14,564 nt of DNA from an uncultured Aquificales bacterium (lineage in GTDB: Bacteria; Thermosulfidibacterota; Thermosulfidibacteria; Thermosulfidibacterales; Thermosulfidibacteraceae), in assembly GCA_964411615.1 (NCBI GenBank), contig CAYPLO010000042.1, positions 1 through 14,564 of the forward strand. Direction: 5' to 3'. How positions within the stretch are numbered: the stretch's first letter is position 1; the number at the start of each line of letters is the position of its first letter. Made by a program: the position numbers and the translations under genes. The notes under the pieces are model-generated. The model did no database searches and had not been told where the DNA came from. It was given only the letters and a program-made list of their open reading frames with translations. Positions 7,443 through 14,564 of this stretch are shown one piece after another.

Positions 7443-7879
7443 GCATTGAGAAGGTGCTGTGTGCTGTGGCCCTCAGGGATTGCACGGAGCAGGTGGTTAG
7501 ATACGCTGCCTCCATAGCCAAGAGGTACAACGCCCTGCTCTACGTTGCCACCGTGGTGGAGGAGCCGGCCTGGGTCCAGAGGGGATTTGACCAGGACCTT
7601 GAGGCCCTCATGAGCACCCTTGAGGAGAGGGACAGGCTGGTGCTCAGGGATATAGCGGTGAAGGTGGAGGAGCTGGGGGCTTCACAGGTGGAGCCTGTGG
7701 TGCTAAAGGGCAAGCCGGCAGCGGAAATCCTGAGGTTCGCCGAGGAGAAGGGGGTTGACCTGATAGTCATAGGCTCCCATACCGCATCTCCTCTGCAGAA
7801 GGTGATGCTGGGAAGCACCGCCATGAAGGTGGTCAACAGGTCAAAGGTGCCTGTTCTGGTGGTTCCCATATGCGGGTGA
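7433..7879 (+). CDS. Universal stress protein (single USP domain)
   Basis: KVLCAV start, G.PAAEILRFAEEKGVDLIVIGSH, MLGSTAMKVVNRSKVPVLVVP; SD GAGGAGG at 7421-7427; overlaps the polX stop by 10 nt. Confidence 0.95.
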   Translation: MPVSIEKVLCAVALRDCTEQVVRYAASIAKRYNALLYVATVVEEPAWVQRGFDQDLEALMSTLEERDRLVLRDIAVKVEELGASQVEPVVLKGKPAAEILRFAEEKGVDLIVIGSHTASPLQKVMLGSTAMKVVNRSKVPVLVVPICG

Positions 7880-7902
7880 GGGGGTACCCCACCCGCCTTT
7901 TT
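7872..7902 (+). terminator. Intrinsic terminator between convergent usp and outer-membrane protein genes
   Basis: Hairpin GCGGGTG(A)GGG-ggta-CCCCACCCGC followed by CTTTTT; includes the usp stop codon. Confidence 0.65.
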
Positions 7903-8656
7903 AAAACTGAAGTCCCAAACCGAACAGCCACCCTTTTATCTTTATGTTGCTGGAGAGGTCCGATATATCGTCTATCTGGAGAGCCTCGTACCTGTAGCCT
8001 ATCATGGCAAACAGTAGCTTCCACTGGATTCTTGTGCCGATGTAAAGGTCGTAGAAGTTACTTCCGGAGTACCCTATGTATTTGCCCTCTGCCTCTAAGT
8101 AGAAGAGTTTGAGAGGGCTCACCTCAACCCTTCCGTAGAGCATGGGCACCACAACCTTGAAGTTCTTGTACTCTGTATGCTCAATGGAGCTGCTCTTTCC
8201 TTTGAGCCATACGGTTCCGTCTATGTACTTTGCATCCAGCCCCACAGAGATTTTGACCGAGGTGAGCTTCTCAGCTATCCAGGGGAGGGGGTTGAGGTAG
8301 AGTATTGCGTCAAACTGGTCCGCCTTTAGCCTTGAGTCCACCTCCATATTTGCGGTGAAGGTGTAGTTCCTGAAGGTGAAGCTTCTATCAATTCTCTCCT
8401 GGGAGTACATGTCAAAGGGGGTGTACTCCAGCTTGACATTGGGTATGAATGGTATAGGGTGCTCAAACCTCAGCCAGTAGTATGGACTTGTCAGGGTCCC
8501 TGTGCCCAAATCATCTTCTAAGTCCACATGGCTTCCCTTGTACTCAACCCATCCCGTTAGGTCCTTAACCCATACTGCCGCTCCGCCCTCAATGACCATG
8601 GCCCTGGCCGCCGAGAACGTAAGTACCAATAGTAAAGCTATGAGCACCTTTCGCAT
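7901..8656 (-). CDS. Outer-membrane beta-barrel protein (resembles TIGR04219 family)
   Basis: Signal peptide MRKVLIALLLVLTFSAARA; FEHPIPFIPNVKLEYT motif; alternating aromatic beta-strands; C-terminal GLGLQF BAM signal; SD AAGGAGG. Confidence 0.85.
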   Translation of the reverse strand: MRKVLIALLLVLTFSAARAMVIEGGAAVWVKDLTGWVEYKGSHVDLEDDLGTGTLTSPYYWLRFEHPIPFIPNVKLEYTPFDMYSQERIDRSFTFRNYTFTANMEVDSRLKADQFDAILYLNPLPWIAEKLTSVKISVGLDAKYIDGTVWLKGKSSSIEHTEYKNFKVVVPMLYGRVEVSPLKLFYLEAEGKYIGYSGSNFYDLYIGTRIQWKLLFAMIGYRYEALQIDDISDLSSNIKIKGWLFGLGLQF

Positions 8657-8686
8657 GCTTTCCTCCTTTGAAATTTTCTCCCTAAC

Positions 8687-8716
8687 AGACTACTTAACCG
8701 GCATGGGAGGTGTCAA
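8687..8716 (-). promoter_or_regulatory. Putative sigma70 promoter for the outer-membrane protein gene
   Basis: Minus strand TTGACA (8716-8711), 18 nt, TAGTCT (8692-8687). It overlaps the SD/start region of the divergent nth gene. Confidence 0.5.
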
Positions 8717-9366
8717 TGTGTAATATGGAGAGGGTGCTGGAGAGGATAAGGGAGGAGTATGTGAGGTGGAAGGAGCCCGTGGTTACCGCCATGGCCAGAA
8801 GGCGCAGGGACCCCTTCAGGGTTCTCATATCGTGCATACTGAGCCTGAGAACGAAGGACGAGGTGACGAAGGAGGCATCAAAAAGGCTATTTTCTGTGGC
8901 CGATACCCCCGAGAAGATGCTTGAGCTTAGCGAGGATGAAATTGCTAAACTCATATACCCTGTCGGATTTTACAACACCAAGGCCAGAAACATCAGGGAG
9001 ATATGTAAGGTGCTGGTTGAGAAGTACGGGGGGAAGGTTCCGGAGGAGATGGAGGAACTTCTTAAGCTGAAGGGTGTTGGCAGGAAGACGGCAAACCTTG
9101 TGCTTGTGGAGGGGTTTGGAAAGCCGGGGATATGTGTGGATACCCATGTCCACAGGATATGCAACAGGCTTGGGTGGGTGAAGACCAGAACCCCTGAGGA
9201 GACAGAGATGGCCCTTCGCAGGATACTGCCCGAGAGGTACTGGATGGATATAAACCGCTGGTTTGTAGCTTTTGGCAAGCAGATATGCAGGCCCATCTCA
9301 CCCCTCTGCTCCCGCTGTCCTGTGGAGGAGCTGTGTCCCAAGGTGGGGGTTGACAGGCATAGATGA
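8716..9366 (+). CDS. nth: Endonuclease III (HhH-GPD DNA glycosylase/AP lyase, 4Fe-4S)
   Basis: [18 protein letters not shown], Hh[21 protein letters not shown] and Fe-S motif [17 protein letters not shown]. Start is ATG 8716 (GGAGG 5 nt upstream) or 8725. Confidence 0.95.
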   Translation: MCNMERVLERIREEYVRWKEPVVTAMARRRRDPFRVLISCILSLRTKDEVTKEASKRLFSVADTPEKMLELSEDEIAKLIYPVGFYNTKARNIREICKVLVEKYGGKVPEEMEELLKLKGVGRKTANLVLVEGFGKPGICVDTHVHRICNRLGWVKTRTPEETEMALRRILPERYWMDINRWFVAFGKQICRPISPLCSRCPVEELCPKVGVDRHR

Positions 9367-10602
9367 CTATATCCTCTTCAGCGTTGCCACTGTCTCAAGG
9401 TGGAAGGTGTTGGGGAACATGTCCAAGGGCTGGATGTGTTCCGGTTTGTAGTTTTTGAGTCTTGCCATGTCCCTTGCCAGGGTTGTGGGGTTGCAGGAGA
9501 TGTAAATTATAAGCTCTGGGGCTATCCTTTCTATCTCTTTAGTCATGGCCTCCGTGAGGCCGGTTCTTGGAGGGTCCACGATTACAGTATCAAAGGCTTC
9601 CCGGCAGTCTTTTAGAAACCTTTCCGCTTCTGCTTTTACTACCCTTACGTTGCTTATGTTCTGTTCTTCTGCTGAGCTTTTGAGTGCTTCGGCTGAGCTT
9701 GAGGATACCTCTACGGCGGTTATGCTTTTTGCTTTATGCTTTGCTATGGGGATTGTGAAGGTTCCGCAACCTGAGAACAGCTCAAGGACTTTTGCACCTT
9801 CGGGCACAAGTCTCAACACCTCTTTCACAAGCTCTGGTGTCAGGTATCTGTTGTTCTGGAAGAAGGAGCCGAAGGGGTAAGAGACTGTTGCGCCTTCAAG
9901 CTCCTCCCTGAGTCTGTCTTTGCCCAGGGTGCTGACCTTTCCCCTGTACTCTACTCTGAGTCCAACCTCTACCCCTGTGGTCTCCCTTATCTGGTGGTAT
10001 ATCCTGTGTATCTCGCCAATCTTGCCCTTTGCCTTTACCAGCACCAGGAGCCTTGAGGATTCTATGTCTTCCCCCATCCATATGGAGTTGGCCTTTTTGA
10101 GAAGCTCCTGGAACCTGTAGAGGACCAGAATGGCCCTGTTCAGATTTTCCGTGAGCAGTCTGCATCCCCCTATGCCACATACTCTGTGGCTTCTCATGGC
10201 CCTGAAGCCTATTAGCCTCCTTTCAACGAACAGTGTGGCCCTGCGTCTGTAGTTGTGGCAGGGAGACGGAATGATGGGGAGCACCTCTAACTCTTTCTGT
10301 AGGGCCCTTCTCAGTTCTCTTTTAAGGATATTCTCCTTCTCCCTCAGCTGCACATGGTAGTCCACATGGAGCCACTGGCACGCACCGCATATTCCAAAGT
10401 GGGGGCACTGGGGGTCTGTCCTGTGGGGTGAGGGTTCCAGAAGCTCCACCACCTCTGCAAAGGCGAAGTCCCTGTGCTCTTCGGTTATCCTCACCTTGAC
10501 CAAGTCTTCAGGGGCTGTGTAGGGGATGAAGAGGACCTTTCCGCTCTGGTCCCTCCCCATTCCGTAGCCGTTGTAGACCAGTCTCTCTATCCGAACCCTC
10601 AC
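9367..10602 (-). CDS. rlmD: RNA (uracil-5)-methyltransferase, RlmD/TrmA family with TRAM domain and Fe-S motif
   Basis: N-terminal TRAM-like domain, CPHFGICGACQW, SFFQNN, LELFSGCGTF, DPPRTG, catalytic YISCNPTTLARD and DMFPNTFHLE. The GTG start overlaps the upstream stop. The exact RNA target cannot be determined from sequence. Confidence 0.88.
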   Translation of the reverse strand: MRVRIERLVYNGYGMGRDQSGKVLFIPYTAPEDLVKVRITEEHRDFAFAEVVELLEPSPHRTDPQCPHFGICGACQWLHVDYHVQLREKENILKRELRRALQKELEVLPIIPSPCHNYRRRATLFVERRLIGFRAMRSHRVCGIGGCRLLTENLNRAILVLYRFQELLKKANSIWMGEDIESSRLLVLVKAKGKIGEIHRIYHQIRETTGVEVGLRVEYRGKVSTLGKDRLREELEGATVSYPFGSFFQNNRYLTPELVKEVLRLVPEGAKVLELFSGCGTFTIPIAKHKAKSITAVEVSSSSAEALKSSAEEQNISNVRVVKAEAERFLKDCREAFDTVIVDPPRTGLTEAMTKEIERIAPELIIYISCNPTTLARDMARLKNYKPEHIQPLDMFPNTFHLETVATLKRI

Positions 10603-10898
10603 GGCGGGGACTTTTCCTGAGACACTATCTCTATGCCCTTGAGGACGGCGTTTTTGATGAGTCTGGAGAGCCTTTTGCAGTCCTCAGGCCTTTTGGGGCA
10701 TATACGCTCTGCGTAGCTGGCGGTCTCCTTTATCCCTTCCCACAGGTCCGGTAGCCTCTGGGGTATGCTGTACTGGCTGGCTGTATAGAGGGCGTCGGCT
10801 ATGGTCTTTACGGCTTTGGGTTTCGGCGCAACGGCCTTTGGCGGTTTATGCATCTGGCATCCGAGCAGCATGAGAAGGGCCAATAGTATCGCCGTCAT
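10599..10898 (-). CDS. Hypothetical lipoprotein (99 aa)
   Basis: Signal MTAILLALLMLLGC ends in a lipobox. The ORF exactly fills the gap between aspS and rlmD with 4-nt stop/start overlaps at both ends. Confidence 0.8.
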   Translation of the reverse strand: MTAILLALLMLLGCQMHKPPKAVAPKPKAVKTIADALYTASQYSIPQRLPDLWEGIKETASYAERICPKRPEDCKRLSRLIKNAVLKGIEIVSQEKSPP

Positions 10899-12661
10899 CT
10901 TTTGGGAGGCACCACCTTTATGAACAGCTCGTCAAGCTGTCTCTTTGAGACCTCTGAGGGGGCTCCCGTCATGAGGCACTGGGCCTTCTGGGTCTTGGGG
11001 AAGGGTATCACCTCCCTTATGGAGGGGGAGCCTGTGATGATGGCCATTATCCTGTCAAATCCTAAGGCGAGGCCTCCGTGGGGTGGGGCTCCGAACTGGA
11101 GGGCCTCAAGTAGGAAGCCGAACTTCAGCTGCGCTTCCTCCTGGGTTATCTGTAGCAGGGAGAAGACCTTCTCCTGTATGTCCCTCCTGTGTATCCTGAT
11201 GCTTCCTCCGCCTATCTCCTGGCCGTTCAGGACCACATCGTAGGCCTTTGCCCTGACTTTTAAGGGCTCTGTGTCCAGCAGGGGTATGTCCTCGTCCATG
11301 GGGGAGGTGAAGGGGTGGTGCACTGCCACATACCTCTTCTCATCCTCGTCCCAGTCCAGCAGGGGGAAGTCCACCACCCACAGAAAGCTGTACTTGGAGT
11401 CGTCTATGAGGTTCAGCTTTCTGCCAAGGTGCAGCCTTATGCTCCCCAGTATCTCGCAGGCCTTCTCCCACTCTTCCGCCACGATGAGTATCACATCACC
11501 GGCTCCGGCGTCTGTAAGCTCAAGGAGTGAGTTGACCTCCCCTTCAGACAGGAACTTGGCCACTGGAGACTGGAGCTTTCCTCCCTCCTGAACCCTCATC
11601 CACACCAGGCCCGATGCTCCTAAGGAGATGGCCATGTTCACCAGCTCGTCCAGGTCCTTGCGGGAGAGCCTGTTGCCCTCGGGAACCCTGAGGGCCTTGA
11701 GGGTTTTGCCTTCATCTAAGGCCTGCCTGAAGACCCTGAAGCCTGTCCCTTCAAAGGCCTGGTTCACCGTTGTCATCTCAAGGCCGAATCTCAAATCGGG
11801 CTTGTCGGAGCCGTATCTGTCCATGGCCTCCCTGTAGGGGATTCTGGGGAAGGGCCTCTCTATCTCAACGTCTATGACCTTGAAGATGGCCTCAAGTATC
11901 CCTTCGGTTACCTCCATCACGTCTTCCCTCTCCACGAAGGCCATCTCCAGGTCTATCTGGGTGAACTCTGGCTGTCTGTCTGCCCTGAGGTCCTCGTCCC
12001 TGAAGCATTTGACTATCTGGAAGTACCTGTCGTAGCCCGATATCATGAATATCTGCTTGAAGAGCTGGGGGGACTGGGGCAGGGCGTAGAACTTACCCGG
12101 ATTGAGTCTGCTGGGGACCAGAAAGTCCCTCGCCCCCTCCGGTGTTGATTTGGTGAGGAAGGGAGTCTCAAGCTCCAGAAAGCCTATGCTGTCAAGGTAC
12201 CTTCTCACCGCCTGGGCTATTCTGTGCCTGAGTATGAGCCTTCTTTGCATGCAGGGCCTTCTCAGGTCCAGGAACCTGTATCTGAGCCTCACCTCCTCAC
12301 TCACATCAATCTCGTCCTCTATCCTGAAGGGGGGTGGGGAGGAGGTGTTGAGTATCTCTATCCTCCTACCCACCACCTCCACCATCCCCGTCTTGAGCTT
12401 GGGGTTTTCCGTCCCCTCTGGCCTCCTTCTTACCTCCCCCTCAACCCTCACCACGTACTCGGGCTTAGTCCTCTTGGCCACCTCGTGGGCCTTGGGGTCC
12501 GTCTGGGGGTCGAAGACCACCTGGACTATCCCCTCCCTGTCCCTCAGGTCTATGAAGGTGAGGCCTCCGTGGTCCCTGTTTCTGTGGACCCAGCCTTCAA
12601 GGGTCACCTTCTGTCCCACCATGGATTCGTTCACCTGACCGCAGTAGCAGGTCCTTCTCAT
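10895..12661 (-). CDS. aspS: Aspartate--tRNA ligase (likely non-discriminating Asp/Asn type)
   Basis: RDHGGLTFIDLRDREG, TPEGARDFLVPSR, ALPQSPQLFKQ, CFRDEDLRADRQPEFTQID, GAD domain, HHPFT, GGGSIRIH and PPHGGLALGFDR. Confidence 0.98.
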   Translation of the reverse strand: MRRTCYCGQVNESMVGQKVTLEGWVHRNRDHGGLTFIDLRDREGIVQVVFDPQTDPKAHEVAKRTKPEYVVRVEGEVRRRPEGTENPKLKTGMVEVVGRRIEILNTSSPPPFRIEDEIDVSEEVRLRYRFLDLRRPCMQRRLILRHRIAQAVRRYLDSIGFLELETPFLTKSTPEGARDFLVPSRLNPGKFYALPQSPQLFKQIFMISGYDRYFQIVKCFRDEDLRADRQPEFTQIDLEMAFVEREDVMEVTEGILEAIFKVIDVEIERPFPRIPYREAMDRYGSDKPDLRFGLEMTTVNQAFEGTGFRVFRQALDEGKTLKALRVPEGNRLSRKDLDELVNMAISLGASGLVWMRVQEGGKLQSPVAKFLSEGEVNSLLELTDAGAGDVILIVAEEWEKACEILGSIRLHLGRKLNLIDDSKYSFLWVVDFPLLDWDEDEKRYVAVHHPFTSPMDEDIPLLDTEPLKVRAKAYDVVLNGQEIGGGSIRIHRRDIQEKVFSLLQITQEEAQLKFGFLLEALQFGAPPHGGLALGFDRIMAIITGSPSIREVIPFPKTQKAQCLMTGAPSEVSKRQLDELFIKVVPPKR

Positions 12662-13917
12662 CTGGCAGCCTCCGCAAGCTCCAGCAGTTTTTCTGTGGTA
12701 GCCTCTATCTCAAACTGCTCCTTGTTCGCCATATCCCTGACGGTGAAGACCCCCTTCTTGACTTCGTCCTCACCCACCATAACCACGAACCTCACCCCCA
12801 GCTTGTTGGCCTTCCTCATCTGGCTCTTGAGGCTCCTGTCCTCGTGGTCCATCTCGCATCTTATCTTTTTCTTCCTCAGCTCAAGCACAACGGGGATGGT
12901 CTTTTTCCTTGCACCTTCCCCTAAAACTGCGAAGAAGAAGAGGGGGCTTTCCTGGTTCAGGGTGTACCTCTTCTTCATTAAAGCTACCGTCCTTTCAACC
13001 CCCACCGCGAAGCCTATGCCCGGAACCGGGGGTCCTCCCAGCTCCTCAATGAGGTTATCGTATCTTCCCCCTGCGGCCACCGCATTCTGGGCCCCAAGCT
13101 CGGAGGTCACCAGCTCAAAGACCACTCCGGTGTAGTAGTCAAGTCCCCTCACTATCATGGGGTTTATGGTGAAGGGGGTTCCCATGAGCTCCAAGTACTT
13201 AAGGGTATTCTCAAAGTACTCCCTGCACTGGGGGCAGAGGTGGTCTATTATTAGGGGTGCCCTTGAGGAGACCTCCCTGCACTGCTGTTTCTTACAGTCC
13301 AGCACCCTAAGCGGGTTTCTCTCAAGCCTCCTCTTGCAGTCCCTGCACAGGGCTTCCTTCTGGCTGTTCAGGAAGTCTATCAGCAGTTCCCTGTATACGG
13401 GTCTGCACCGGGGGCATCCTATGTGGTTCACCTGTAAAGAGACGCCGTCATCTACCTTCACCCTCTCCATGAGGAGGTGGAGCATGGTCATCACCTCTGC
13501 GTCAAAGGAGGGGCTCTTGACTCCGTAGGCCTCTACATTGAGCTGGTGGAACTGCCTGAGCCTGCCTGCCTGGGGCCTCTCATGGCGGAACATGGGGCCG
13601 AAGAAGTAGTACTTGTTTACGGGGTCCTTAAGGTGCAGGGCGTTCTCTATGAAGGCCCTGGCTATGCTGGCTGTGGCCTCTGGCCTCAGGGCCAGCAACT
13701 CCCCGTTTCTATCCTCAAATACGTACATCTCCTTCTCTACGATGTCCGTTGTGGTGCCTATCCCCCTCTGGAAGACCTCCAGCCTTTCAATAACGGGTAT
13801 CCGAATCTCCCGGTAGTTGAAGCTTTCAAACAGACCCCTGGCCTCCTCCTCTAAGAGGCGCCAGTAGGGCATATCCTCCGGCAGGGTGTCCTTAAAGCCT
13901 CTTACCGCCTTAATCAT
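12658..13917 (-). CDS. hisS: Histidine--tRNA ligase
   Basis: VRGFKD, DIVEKEMY, LRPEATA, FRHERPQAGRLRQFHQ, VRGLDYYTG, GGRYD and GFAVGVER. Start placed at ATG 13917 with a GAGGGGGTG SD. Confidence 0.98.
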   Translation of the reverse strand: MIKAVRGFKDTLPEDMPYWRLLEEEARGLFESFNYREIRIPVIERLEVFQRGIGTTTDIVEKEMYVFEDRNGELLALRPEATASIARAFIENALHLKDPVNKYYFFGPMFRHERPQAGRLRQFHQLNVEAYGVKSPSFDAEVMTMLHLLMERVKVDDGVSLQVNHIGCPRCRPVYRELLIDFLNSQKEALCRDCKRRLERNPLRVLDCKKQQCREVSSRAPLIIDHLCPQCREYFENTLKYLELMGTPFTINPMIVRGLDYYTGVVFELVTSELGAQNAVAAGGRYDNLIEELGGPPVPGIGFAVGVERTVALMKKRYTLNQESPLFFFAVLGEGARKKTIPVVLELRKKKIRCEMDHEDRSLKSQMRKANKLGVRFVVMVGEDEVKKGVFTVRDMANKEQFEIEATTEKLLELAEAAR

Positions 13918-13994
13918 CTTGACCACCCCCTCAATAAAGCTATAAAAGGGTGGTGTCAACAACCGGCTTTTCTAAAAATCTTTCGGGAGGTTAG

Positions 13995-14564
<570 letters not shown>

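Noticed and set aside
12224..13135. 303-aa + strand ORF and similar antisense ORFs (953-1492, 4980-5588, 12102-12638, 13991-14527)
   Set aside because: They are antisense shadows of well-supported genes (aspS/hisS, rtcB, helicase, gap), with Ser/Pro/Leu-biased composition and no recognisable motifs.
13931..13959. Minus-strand TTGACA upstream of hisS as a promoter
   Set aside because: The -35 is perfect, but the hexamer at 17-nt spacing (TATTGA) lacks the conserved final T and lies almost on the SD; too weak to call.

Overview
A gene-dense, apparently core-chromosome window from a diderm bacterium. The heavy AGG/ATA codon use and Lys/Glu-rich proteins suggest a thermophile, but I cannot name the taxon. 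Gene order: 3' end of 23S rRNA and a 5S rRNA (+); rtcB and archease (-); VKOR-thioredoxin/DsbA fusion (+); small Com-like zinc-ribbon protein and Ski2/HelY-type DExH helicase (-); PolX-PHP and universal stress protein (+); outer-membrane beta-barrel (-); endonuclease III (+); a translationally coupled hisS-aspS-lipoprotein-RlmD-like operon (-); and the 5' part of gap (+, truncated by the window and absent from the ORF track). I found no mobile element, CRISPR array or tRNA. The most notable signals are: (i) a possible RNA/DNA repair neighbourhood (RtcB, archease, Ski2-like helicase, Com-like zinc ribbon, PolX) directly abutting the rRNA operon; (ii) two divergent intergenic regions sharing an interlocked bidirectional promoter geometry with probable leaderless starts; (iii) a helicase with a Cys-clamped, highly basic coiled-coil insertion, paired with a Com-like gene outside any prophage; and (iv) an rRNA operon whose only visible terminator is the 5S terminal helix plus a U-tract. 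All family calls come from recognising motifs by eye, not from database searches.
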